DNA from: Clostridiales bacterium | GTDB lineage: Bacteria > Bacillota > Clostridia > Oscillospirales > Acutalibacteraceae | Reading direction: 5' to 3' | NCBI GenBank assembly: GCA_012511005.1 | Contig: JAAZGX010000077.1 | Coordinates: 1 to 30,227, forward strand | Length of the DNA stretch: 30,227 nucleotides | Shown: positions 1 through 8,691 of the stretch, piece after piece | Layout: each line of letters begins with the position of its first letter | Position numbering within the stretch: the first letter of the stretch is position 1 | Notes under the pieces: model-generated | What the model was told of the DNA's origin: nothing | What the model saw: the letters and a program-made list of their open reading frames with translations, nothing else | Databases searched by the model: none | Translations under genes and position numbers: made by a program

Positions 1-22
1 CTTTTACGGCAACTTTTTCCAT
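1..22 (-). CDS. 5' end of a gene running off the left edge (MEKVAVK...), product unknown
   Basis: ATG at 22-20, preceded by GTGGTG (SD-like) and a TATAAT at 47-42. Only 7 codons are visible. Confidence 0.45.
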
Positions 23-79
23 ATACAGCACCACTTTTTTTATTATAATATGCGAGTATACGGAAAAATGTTTTTGAAA

Positions 80-553
80 CTATTTTTCTAAAAGACAAAT
101 TGAATAAGCTGCTATACCCTCTTTTTTGCCCGTAAAGCCCATGCCTTCCTCTGTGGTAGCTTTTATACTTATTCTGTCTGTACCGCATAAAAGAGCATCT
201 GAAATATTGCGGCGCATTTCATCTATAAATGGGCACATCCGAGGCGTTTCGGCAACGATTGTAGCATCAATATTTGTGATGCTATAACCGTTTTCGGAAA
301 TAAGCTCTGCTGTCTTTTTTAGTAAAGTCAGACTACTGATATCTTTATATTTTTCGTCCGTATCGGGAAATAGTTTACCGATATCACCTAAAGCCGCCGC
401 GCCTAACATACTGTCAGCTATGGCGTGAAGCAAAACATCTGCATCGGAATGACCGAAAAGCCCAAATTCAAACGGTATATCCGCTCCGCCTATAATTAGC
501 TTTCTGCCTTTTGCGAAACGGTGTGCATCATATCCAAACCCTATTCTTTGCAC
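80..553 (-). CDS. ispF: 2-C-methyl-D-erythritol 2,4-cyclodiphosphate synthase
   Basis: [29 protein letters not shown] and IKATTEE motifs; 157 aa; GTG start with an AAAGGAG SD. Confidence 0.97.
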   Translation of the reverse strand: MQRIGFGYDAHRFAKGRKLIIGGADIPFEFGLFGHSDADVLLHAIADSMLGAAALGDIGKLFPDTDEKYKDISSLTLLKKTAELISENGYSITNIDATIVAETPRMCPFIDEMRRNISDALLCGTDRISIKATTEEGMGFTGKKEGIAAYSICLLEK

Positions 554-568
554 AGTATCAGCTCCTTT

Positions 569-1849
569 TTACTTCTCGTTAAGCATTGCCTCAAGACAGG
601 CAAGCTTAACAGAAACACAAAGAATTTCCGCCGCCGTTTTAAGCTCGTCAATCGGCGGGTAAGTCGGCGCTATTCTTATATTTCTGTCAAACGGGTCAAT
701 GCCGTATGGATATGTAGCGCCTACGGAAGTAAGCTTCAATCCTACCTCCTTGCACAGCCCGCCCACTCTTAAAGCACTGCCCTCTATAACATCAAGGCTT
801 ATAAAGTACCCGCCGGACGGTATATTATATGACACAATTCCTTTACCGGAAAGCTCTTTATCAAGCGTATCAAGCACGACGGAAAACTTAGGCTTTAATA
901 TTTCCGCATGAAGCTTCATATGCTTTTTAAGCCCGCTTAAATCTTTGAAATACCTTGCGTGGCGCAGTTGATTAATTTTATCATAGCTTATTATTTGATA
1001 AAAAAGCCTTTTAGATATCTCTTCAATATTCCTTTTAGAAGTACCTATAACGGCAACGCCCGCCCCGGGAAAAGTCATCTTTGATGTTGAGGCAAACTGA
1101 ACAACCATATCCTCGTTGCCGTTTTTTACAAGCTCAGGATAAATACTCAACAGCTTATCGGGATTATCCGTAAAATCATGAACACAGTACGCATCATCCC
1201 ATATAATTCTAAAATCCTTTGCGGCAGGTTTTAGTGCTGCTATTCTTTTTACAACCTCGTTAGAATATGTTATGCCTTGCGGATTTGAGTATTTCGGTAC
1301 GCAGAACATACCTTTCACGCTTTCGTCTTTAACATATTCTTCAATCATTTTAACATCCGGACCGTCAGCGTTCATATCTATATTAATCATATCTATGCCG
1401 TAATATTCGCAAATTGCAAAATGACGGTCGTACCCCGGCGCAGGGCAAAGGAACCTTATTTTCCCCTGTTTGCTCCAAGCAGGGCAGCTTGATACACCTT
1501 TAGTTAAACATTGTGTAATGTAATCAAACATAAGCTGCAAACTTGAGTTGCCGCCTACGATTATATTATCAGTATGAAGCTCTAAGATTTCCGCAAAAAG
1601 GCGCTTGCATTCAGAAAGTCCCGTAAGAGTGCCGTAATTGCGGCAATCAAATCCCTCCTCGGTCAAATAACCCGTTTCGTCGGTTACAGTATTCAATATG
1701 CTCGTTGAAAGATATAGCTGGTCATCCCCCGGCTTTCCCCTTGACATATCAATTCTCAGCTTTTGTGCAGCAAAACGCTCAAATCTTGCACGCTCACGAC
1801 TGTATTCCTCAAGCAGTGCCGCTCTTTCCATTTCACGGTATAAATTCAT
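569..1849 (-). CDS. PLP-dependent aminotransferase, class I/II fold (aspartate aminotransferase-like)
   Basis: DMSRGKP, DCRNYG, PKYSNPQG, WDDAY, STSK (PLP lysine), GGYF and IRIAPTYP motifs. Confidence 0.88.
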   Translation of the reverse strand: MNLYREMERAALLEEYSRERARFERFAAQKLRIDMSRGKPGDDQLYLSTSILNTVTDETGYLTEEGFDCRNYGTLTGLSECKRLFAEILELHTDNIIVGGNSSLQLMFDYITQCLTKGVSSCPAWSKQGKIRFLCPAPGYDRHFAICEYYGIDMINIDMNADGPDVKMIEEYVKDESVKGMFCVPKYSNPQGITYSNEVVKRIAALKPAAKDFRIIWDDAYCVHDFTDNPDKLLSIYPELVKNGNEDMVVQFASTSKMTFPGAGVAVIGTSKRNIEEISKRLFYQIISYDKINQLRHARYFKDLSGLKKHMKLHAEILKPKFSVVLDTLDKELSGKGIVSYNIPSGGYFISLDVIEGSALRVGGLCKEVGLKLTSVGATYPYGIDPFDRNIRIAPTYPPIDELKTAAEILCVSVKLACLEAMLNEK

Positions 1850-1905
1850 AAATAAACCCCTCAGTAAGTCTTTGTAACTAATGCTTTTTTTAATAAATAT
1901 ATAGG

Positions 1906-3300
1906 CTAAAAATCCGCAAAGCCTGTCGTTCTTGGGAATAAAAGCACATCCCGTATATTTGATATACCCGTAATATACATAACGAGCCTTTCAAAACCAA
2001 GCCCAAATCCCGAATGCTTCGTGCCGCCGTAGCGTCTTAAATCAAGGTACCACCAATAATCCTCTTTATGAAGTCCCGTTTCTGCAATACGCTTTTCAAG
2101 AATATCGAGCCTTTCCTCTCTCTGGCTGCCGCCTATTATTTCGCCTATTCCCATAACGAGCAAATCCATAGCCGCCACTGTTTTTCCGTCATCATTAAGG
2201 CGCATATAAAAAGCTTTTATTTCTTTCGGGTAATCCGTTACGAAAACGGGACGCTTGTAAAGCTTTTCTGTTAAATATCTTTCATGCTCTGTCTTTAGGT
2301 CACAGCCCCAATATACTTTGTTTTCAAATTCATCATTATGCTTTTTCAGCATTTCTACGGCATCTGTATATGAAACTCTTGAAAAATCTGATGAAACGAC
2401 GGCATTAAGTCTTTCAAGAAGTCCCGTATCCACAAATTTATTCAAAAACTCAAGCTCTGCCGCACAGTTATCTAACACATATATTATGATATATTTTATC
2501 ATCGCCTCGGCAAGCTCCATATTATCATTTAAGTCGGCAAAGGCAATCTCAGGCTCTATCATCCAAAACTCCGCCGCGTGGCGCTGGGTATATGATTTTT
2601 CTGCTCTAAATGTGGGACCGAATGTATATATTTTACCGAAAGCCTGCGCCATAACTTCACCTTGAAGCTGACCCGAAACGGTAAGATATGCCGATTTTCC
2701 GAAAAAGTCTTTAGAAAAATCTACTTTCCCGTCATCAGTCTTAGGTATATCGTTAAGGTCTAAAGAGGTTACCTTGAACATCTCTCCCGCCCCCTCACAG
2801 TCACTGCAAGAAATAATCGGAGTGTGGGCATATATAAACTCATTTTCCCTAAAAAAGCTGTGAATAGCAAAGGAAACAGCAGAGCGAACTCTAAATGCCG
2901 CATTATAAATATTTGCCCTTGGGCGAAGGTGCCCAATTGTCCTCAAATATTCAAGTGTATGCCGTTTTTTCTGCAAAGGATAGTCAGGGAGAGACGCTCC
3001 CTCAACTTCTATTGAAGTTGCGTTTATCTCAAAAGGCTGCGCCGCGTCCGGCGTTAAAAGCAGCTTGCCTTTAACAACAACGGCGGCACCCGCATTTAAT
3101 TTGCATACCTCTTTGAAATTCCGGACCTTCTCATCCTCAAAAACAACTTGCAGACTATTAAAACTGCTTCCGTCGTTTATTTCAAGAAAACCTAATGTTT
3201 TTGAATTCCTTTTCGTTCTAATCCAACCGCATACGGTAATATCGTCTTGTGTAAAGCTTTCGGGTGTCTTGTAGATTTGTGAAATCAGCGCCCTTTTCAT
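1906..3300 (-). CDS. asnS: Asparagine--tRNA ligase
   Basis: N-terminal OB fold (GWIRT, F-E-NDGS), [39 protein letters not shown] and GFGLGFERL motifs; GAGGAG SD. Confidence 0.97.
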   Translation of the reverse strand: MKRALISQIYKTPESFTQDDITVCGWIRTKRNSKTLGFLEINDGSSFNSLQVVFEDEKVRNFKEVCKLNAGAAVVVKGKLLLTPDAAQPFEINATSIEVEGASLPDYPLQKKRHTLEYLRTIGHLRPRANIYNAAFRVRSAVSFAIHSFFRENEFIYAHTPIISCSDCEGAGEMFKVTSLDLNDIPKTDDGKVDFSKDFFGKSAYLTVSGQLQGEVMAQAFGKIYTFGPTFRAEKSYTQRHAAEFWMIEPEIAFADLNDNMELAEAMIKYIIIYVLDNCAAELEFLNKFVDTGLLERLNAVVSSDFSRVSYTDAVEMLKKHNDEFENKVYWGCDLKTEHERYLTEKLYKRPVFVTDYPKEIKAFYMRLNDDGKTVAAMDLLVMGIGEIIGGSQREERLDILEKRIAETGLHKEDYWWYLDLRRYGGTKHSGFGLGFERLVMYITGISNIRDVLLFPRTTGFADF

Positions 3301-3313
3301 AATATCTCCTCGT

Positions 3314-4621
3314 TTATTTTCTGCGTGCAGTTTTTGCGGGTTTTATAATCGGTTTTTTCTCATTTGCTCTTTCCATTTCATTTATGAGCATCTCTTTTAG
3401 TATCGTACGCTCCCGCTGATATTCAGGTGACTTTATTAAATTTTTCTTTTGATGCGGGTCTTTTTCCATATCATAAAGATAATCCTCATAATAAACATTT
3501 GCCGAATGGCGTATATATCCATTACCCCTTGCTCTTATTGCATAAAGATACTTTTTCGTGCGCACAGCTCTGCCTATTTGTGACTCACTTACCTGAATAA
3601 AGGCAAAATCCCTCTGATTTTCACGAAGCAGCGACATACCCATGTAGTGGCTCGGTATCTTTATTCCTGCTAAATCTAAAACGGTAGGCGCCATATCAAT
3701 AAGGCTTGCCATTCTGTCATCTTTCTTCTTGCCCTTATATGCACCGCCAAATATTACTAAAGGTGTGTGTATAGAGGCGTCGTGCGGGCTGCGCTTATAC
3801 TCCAAATTTCTCGTCTTAAAGTGACAGCCGTGGTCACTCGTATAAATAATAACTGTGTTATCGTATAGATTTCTTTCTTTTAAGGTATTTACAAGCCGCA
3901 AAAGGTTTTCATCAATCGCGTTAATTGCTGAAATATAATCGGGATATTCTTCTTTATAATCCCCTTTTAGAAAAGCTAAATCCTCCGGAATAGGGTAATC
4001 TCTGAAATTTTCTATTGTTTCCTTTTTTCCCCTAAAATGACCGCTGTTGTTTTGATGGTGCGGCTCAAGCTGTGATATGAAAAGGAAAAACGGTTTATCT
4101 GAAGTCTTTTTATCTATAAATTCTATCGCAAAATCATTTATACAATCAACCCTATATCCTGAAAATTCACGCTTTTCATTATGTTCATCAAAAACATAGC
4201 CGCCGTATTCATTTGAAGTAAACTCCAACACATCTGCCGCGCGCCAAAAATCTTTATATCCGCCGCGTCTGTCTTCCGGTATAGCCTCTTTCTCAAAATG
4301 ATAACCGGCTAAAGGAATTCTATCAGAAGCAAGGTGCCATTTTCCAACATAGGCAGTTTCGTACCCCGCTTCGTTCAAATACTCTGCAAGAGGTTTAAAG
4401 TCTTTTGACAATGCGACCCCATTCCAATAGCTTTTGTTCTGGCTTGCATAAACTCCGGTTTGAATACATGCCCTTGCCGGTCCGCAAACGGGCTGGCAGG
4501 TAAACGAATTTTCAAACATTGTACCGTCTTCTGAAAAATCAGTGAGGTTTGGCATTACTGTACTGTTTAGCGTGTCATGACGCTGTTGGTCGGAAAAATA
4601 AAATATTATGTTTGGCTTCAT
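3314..4621 (-). CDS. Cys-type sulfatase family hydrolase
   Basis: [18 protein letters not shown] (CxPxR formylglycine motif), GKWHL, PHH and SDHG motifs. Start moved to ATG 4621 (AAGGGGG SD). No signal peptide. Confidence 0.9.
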   Translation of the reverse strand: MKPNIIFYFSDQQRHDTLNSTVMPNLTDFSEDGTMFENSFTCQPVCGPARACIQTGVYASQNKSYWNGVALSKDFKPLAEYLNEAGYETAYVGKWHLASDRIPLAGYHFEKEAIPEDRRGGYKDFWRAADVLEFTSNEYGGYVFDEHNEKREFSGYRVDCINDFAIEFIDKKTSDKPFFLFISQLEPHHQNNSGHFRGKKETIENFRDYPIPEDLAFLKGDYKEEYPDYISAINAIDENLLRLVNTLKERNLYDNTVIIYTSDHGCHFKTRNLEYKRSPHDASIHTPLVIFGGAYKGKKKDDRMASLIDMAPTVLDLAGIKIPSHYMGMSLLRENQRDFAFIQVSESQIGRAVRTKKYLYAIRARGNGYIRHSANVYYEDYLYDMEKDPHQKKNLIKSPEYQRERTILKEMLINEMERANEKKPIIKPAKTARRK

Positions 4622-4632
4622 CGTTTTCCCCC

Positions 4633-4660
4633 TTTTCACAAGTTATATAACACTTGAAAA
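4633..4660. promoter_or_regulatory. Interrupted palindrome, candidate operator
   Basis: TTTTCA-caa-GTTATATAAC-act-TGAAAA; 22 of 28 positions are symmetric; lies between the predicted promoter and the SD of the sulfatase gene. Confidence 0.4.
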
Positions 4661-4671
4661 AATTATCATTA

Positions 4672-4700
4672 ATAATAACATGTACATCTGATTTTTGCAA
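4672..4700 (-). promoter_or_regulatory. sigA-type promoter for the sulfatase-asnS run
   Basis: TTGCAA-N17-TATTAT with TG extended -10. Confidence 0.55.
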
Positions 4701-4740
4701 CAATAAAGAACAAATTAGAAGAATTTACGCTGTAATATAC

Positions 4741-4769
4741 TTGAATTTCACACAGTTACATGCTACAAT
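4741..4769 (+). promoter_or_regulatory. sigA-type promoter for the metallophosphoesterase/flavoprotein run
   Basis: TTGAAT-N17-TACAAT with TG extended -10. Confidence 0.6.
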
Positions 4770-4789
4770 TTCCTATAGGGTGGAAGAAG

Positions 4790-5626
4790 ATGAGAAAAAT
4801 ACGCATAAGTAAAAAAGCTGTATTAATAACGGCTGTTGCCGCAGCGGCATTAACGGCATTTTCATTATGGCAAAATAATGATATAACCGTTTCAAATTAT
4901 GAATACAAATCGGATAAAATCAATAAAACGCTTGACGGATACAAAATCGTACAAATATCTGATTTACATAACAAGATGTTCGGCAAAGAACAAAACCGTC
5001 TTTTAGCGGAAATAAAAGCGCTTTCGCCTCATATTATCGTGATAACAGGCGATATTGTTGACTGCCGCCGTACTGATATAAAACCTGCTCTTGACCTTGT
5101 AACGGGCGCCGTTAAAATAGCACCCGTTTATTATGTTTCGGGAAATCATGAGGAGCTGCTTTCCCTATCTGATAAAGAAAGTCTTATAGACGGCATAAAA
5201 CAAGCCGGTGCAAAGGTTTTAATAAATCGTGCCCTATTTATAGAGCATGGCGGTGAAAGCTTTTATATTTTAGGAGTTAAAGACGGCTCTGAAACGGATG
5301 ATTTGAAACATTTGCTTTATACGCTCGATACGCCTCATGCTCTCAAGATTTTACTCGCGCACAAGCCGCAATATATGGAGAGCTACAGCGAAAACGGTAT
5401 TGACCTTGTCTTTTCGGGTCACGCGCACGGCGGACAGGCAAGGCTTCCGTTTATAGGAGGATTAATAGCTCCTGAGCAAGGGCTTTTTCCTGAATACTCG
5501 GCAGGCGAATATGTTTTAGGTGACACTGCTATGATAGTAAGCCGCGGGCTTGGAAACAGCATTATTCCAATAAGAGTGTTTAACCGCCCTGATATTGTTG
5601 TTGTAAAGTTAAAGTCAGTAGAGTGA
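4790..5626 (+). CDS. Calcineurin-like metallophosphoesterase (YkuE/YaeI-like) with N-terminal hydrophobic anchor
   Basis: SDLH, TGDIVD, GNHE, LAHKP and GHAHGGQ motifs; N-terminal AVLITAVAAAALTAFSLW. Start moved to ATG 4790 because the ORF-track start lies inside the promoter. Confidence 0.88.
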   Translation: MRKIRISKKAVLITAVAAAALTAFSLWQNNDITVSNYEYKSDKINKTLDGYKIVQISDLHNKMFGKEQNRLLAEIKALSPHIIVITGDIVDCRRTDIKPALDLVTGAVKIAPVYYVSGNHEELLSLSDKESLIDGIKQAGAKVLINRALFIEHGGESFYILGVKDGSETDDLKHLLYTLDTPHALKILLAHKPQYMESYSENGIDLVFSGHAHGGQARLPFIGGLIAPEQGLFPEYSAGEYVLGDTAMIVSRGLGNSIIPIRVFNRPDIVVVKLKSVE

Positions 5627-5636
5627 GGACATTAAA

Positions 5637-7406
5637 ATGAGCGTATTTGAAACGATTGAAAAAAATTGTGATTTTTGCGTAATAGGCGGCGGACTTTCCG
5701 GCGTTGCGGCAGCGGTAGCGGCGGCAAGGCATGGCGCAAAAGTTATTCTTGTTCAGGATAGACCTATGCTCGGAGGTAACGCGTCCTCTGAAATGCGCAT
5801 GTGGGTTTGCGGCGCTTCCGGCGATAATATGCGTGAAACAGGAATAATTGAGGAGATTATGCTTAAAAACCAATACAGAAACCCTTATAAAAACTACTCC
5901 ATATGGGATAGCGTTATTCTTGAAACGGTTATGGATAATGAGAATATAACCTTACTTCTCAACTGCTCTTGTATGGACGGCATGGCAAACGAAAGCTCCA
6001 TAGAATATGTTTTGTGCTGGCAGACTACAACACAAAGGTTTTTTAAGATACATGCCAAAATATTTGCCGACTGCTCCGGAGACAGCGTTTTAGCCCCTAT
6101 AAGTAAAGCTTTTTACAGGGTAGGCAGAGAAAGTAAAAATGAGTTCGGTGAACAATTCGCAGTCGAAACTGCAGATAATAAAACTATGGGTATGAGCTGC
6201 CTTATACAAGCGCGTGAATGTCTTGAAGAGAAAATCTTTATACCGCCCGTATGGGCAAAAAAGCTTACTAAAGACGACCTTTTGCACCGTTTTCCTAACC
6301 TTTATAGCGACAGTGAAAACTTTTGGTATTTAGAGCTTGGCGGCGACAGAAATTCTATAAAAGACACTGAAGATATAAGAGATGAGCTGCTAAAGCTTGC
6401 TTACGGCTTTTGGGATTTCATAAAAAATGATGAAAGCTGCAAAGAAAAGCATAAAAATTTCGACCTTGATTGGATAGGCATTCTGCCCGGCAAAAGAGAG
6501 TCGCGCCGCTATGTAGGCGACTATATTTTAACACAAAACGATGTTTTGACTAAAAGAGATTATCCCGACACCGCAGCATATGGCGGCTGGCCGCTTGACG
6601 ACCACGACCCAAAAGGCTTTAACCGCTCTGACGGTAAACCTAATCGTGCTATGAAAGTAAACTCGCCCTATCCTATCCCCTTCAGATGTATGTATTCAAA
6701 AAACATTTCAAATTTAATGTTCGCAGGCAGGAATATTAGTGCTACTCACACGGCTTTAAGCTCCTCAAGAGTAATGGCTACTTGTGCCGTAATAGGGCAA
6801 GCTGTCGGTACGGCGGCGGCGATTGCTGTAAAGAAAAATATTACACCGCGAAAGATTTATAGTGAGCATATCAAAGAACTCCAAAAACTGTTAATGTATG
6901 GCGACTGCTATATTTTGCACACAATTCGCCCGCTGACAGAGCTTACAAAGTCTGCTGTTATAAAGTCCAATATGAGTAACCCCGAAAACCTGAGAAACGG
7001 GATTGACCGCCCTATTGACGGTGAATATAACGGCAGTGTGGGGAAAAAATCTTGCTTCTTTGAGTATGATTTACAAAAAGCAGAATATGTTGACAAAATA
7101 AGAATTGTGTTTGACAGTGACCTAAACCGAAAAACGCTGCCGGAGCGTGAAAGTAAACTAAACCGCAATATGTTCCATAATATACTCTTAGGCAGAAAGG
7201 CATCATATGTGCCTAAAACCATTGTAAAAGAATTTCGGGTTATACTTACTTTAGAGGACGATAAAGAAAAGATAATAAATATCACGGATAACTACCAAAG
7301 ACTTGTTTATATTTCGTGCGGTGAAGCGGTAAAATCAGTAAAACTGATATTTAACGAAACACACGGAGACGAAAATTGCCGTGTATTTGCTATAGACCTT
7401 GTTTAG
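5637..7406 (+). CDS. FAD-dependent oxidoreductase (FAD_oxidored/PF12831-like) with a C-terminal extra domain
   Basis: VIGGGLSG dinucleotide-binding motif, LGGNASSE, ADCSGD, RESRR, IPFRC and FAGRNISATH...SSRVMATC; about 170 aa of C-terminal extension, possibly discoidin-like. Confidence 0.82.
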   Translation: MSVFETIEKNCDFCVIGGGLSGVAAAVAAARHGAKVILVQDRPMLGGNASSEMRMWVCGASGDNMRETGIIEEIMLKNQYRNPYKNYSIWDSVILETVMDNENITLLLNCSCMDGMANESSIEYVLCWQTTTQRFFKIHAKIFADCSGDSVLAPISKAFYRVGRESKNEFGEQFAVETADNKTMGMSCLIQARECLEEKIFIPPVWAKKLTKDDLLHRFPNLYSDSENFWYLELGGDRNSIKDTEDIRDELLKLAYGFWDFIKNDESCKEKHKNFDLDWIGILPGKRESRRYVGDYILTQNDVLTKRDYPDTAAYGGWPLDDHDPKGFNRSDGKPNRAMKVNSPYPIPFRCMYSKNISNLMFAGRNISATHTALSSSRVMATCAVIGQAVGTAAAIAVKKNITPRKIYSEHIKELQKLLMYGDCYILHTIRPLTELTKSAVIKSNMSNPENLRNGIDRPIDGEYNGSVGKKSCFFEYDLQKAEYVDKIRIVFDSDLNRKTLPERESKLNRNMFHNILLGRKASYVPKTIVKEFRVILTLEDDKEKIINITDNYQRLVYISCGEAVKSVKLIFNETHGDENCRVFAIDLV

Positions 7407-7470
7407 GATTTCAGATTGCAGGAAAACGCAAAGCGTTTATTAAATTGAAAATGGAGAATTGAGAATTGTG
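7407..7470 (+). repeat. Heptamer-repeat element flanking a small hairpin
   Basis: GATTTCA GATTGCA, then AAACGC-aaa-GCGTTT, then AATTGAA AATGGAG AATTGAG AATTGTG. Confidence 0.55.
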
Positions 7471-8691
7471 AAAAAAATAGCTATAATCGGCGGCGGCGCC
7501 TCCGGACTTGCTGCCGCGATTGAAGCGTTAAGGCTTTCAAAAAAGCGAAATATACCCGTTTCTGTTACTATATATGAAAAGCTGCCGCGTATTTGTAAAA
7601 AAATACTCGTAACCGGTAACGGCAGGTGCAACCTTTGTAATGCCGATATTAAAACAGAGCATTACAGAGGCGATAAATCGTTAATTAGCGCCGTTATTGA
7701 CAGCGGCTTTTCAGATACTCTTTCTTTTTTTAATTCATTGGGGCTTTTGTTAAAACAGGAAAGCGGCAGAGTATATCCAAAATCGGGAAATGCTTCGTCA
7801 GCAGCAGACGCTTTAAGGTTTATGGCACTTTCACTTGGCTGTAAAGTTTTTTCAGATACTGAAATCAATAAAATAGAGAAAAGGGAAAATGGTTTTCTTT
7901 TAAATGATAAATATGCGGCAGATGCCGTAATTTTAGCCGGCGGCGGCGCGGCGGCGCCATATTGCGGCACTGACGGGAACGGCTATACACTTTTAAGGTC
8001 ACTTGAGCATAGGGTGACAGAGGTCCGCCCCGCTCTCGTTCCTGTTAAATGTGAGGACTTGTTTTTTAAATCGTTAAAAGGTATAAGGGCAGACGCTATA
8101 GCAACGCTTTTCTGCAATAGCGAAAAACTATACGAGGAAATGGGTGAAGTTCAATTTACTGAATACGGACTTTCGGGAATTCCTATATTAAATATGTCGG
8201 GACTTATAGATATGGATGAAAAATTGAAATATAGAATAACTCTTGATTTGTGCCCCGATATGGATTATAACAGCTTAAAGGAGTTTTTAGAAACAGCCTT
8301 TTCACGGGGCAAGCCTACTGCGGCAGATGTTTTAACGGGGATTATTCCGAAAAGGCTCGGTGAAGTGCTGTTAAAACGAATTGATATTTCACCTTTAGAA
8401 ACTCCAAATAATATAACATCGGATGCCATAGCAAAAATTACAAACATTATAAAATGTTTTGATGCCTCTGTAATAGCCACGACCGGATTTAAGAATGCGC
8501 AAGTAACAGCAGGCGGTTTATCGGCAGAGGAAATAGAGCTTTCCACACTTTGTTCAAAACATATTGACGGGCTTTATATCTGCGGAGAGCTTCTTGACGC
8601 TTATGGCATTTGCGGCGGGTACAACCTGCATTTTGCATGGACTTCGGGAAGAATAGCGGGATATTCCGCCGCTTTGAAGGTAACTGAATGA
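7468..8691 (+). CDS. HI0933/YhiN-family NAD(P)/FAD-dependent oxidoreductase
   Basis: IIGGGASG, KILVTGNGRCN, GRVYP, QVTAGG and GELLD-G-CGGYNL-FAW-SG motifs. GTG at 7468 is preferred because of the GGAG at 7453-7456. Confidence 0.88.
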   Translation: MKKIAIIGGGASGLAAAIEALRLSKKRNIPVSVTIYEKLPRICKKILVTGNGRCNLCNADIKTEHYRGDKSLISAVIDSGFSDTLSFFNSLGLLLKQESGRVYPKSGNASSAADALRFMALSLGCKVFSDTEINKIEKRENGFLLNDKYAADAVILAGGGAAAPYCGTDGNGYTLLRSLEHRVTEVRPALVPVKCEDLFFKSLKGIRADAIATLFCNSEKLYEEMGEVQFTEYGLSGIPILNMSGLIDMDEKLKYRITLDLCPDMDYNSLKEFLETAFSRGKPTAADVLTGIIPKRLGEVLLKRIDISPLETPNNITSDAIAKITNIIKCFDASVIATTGFKNAQVTAGGLSAEEIELSTLCSKHIDGLYICGELLDAYGICGGYNLHFAWTSGRIAGYSAALKVTE

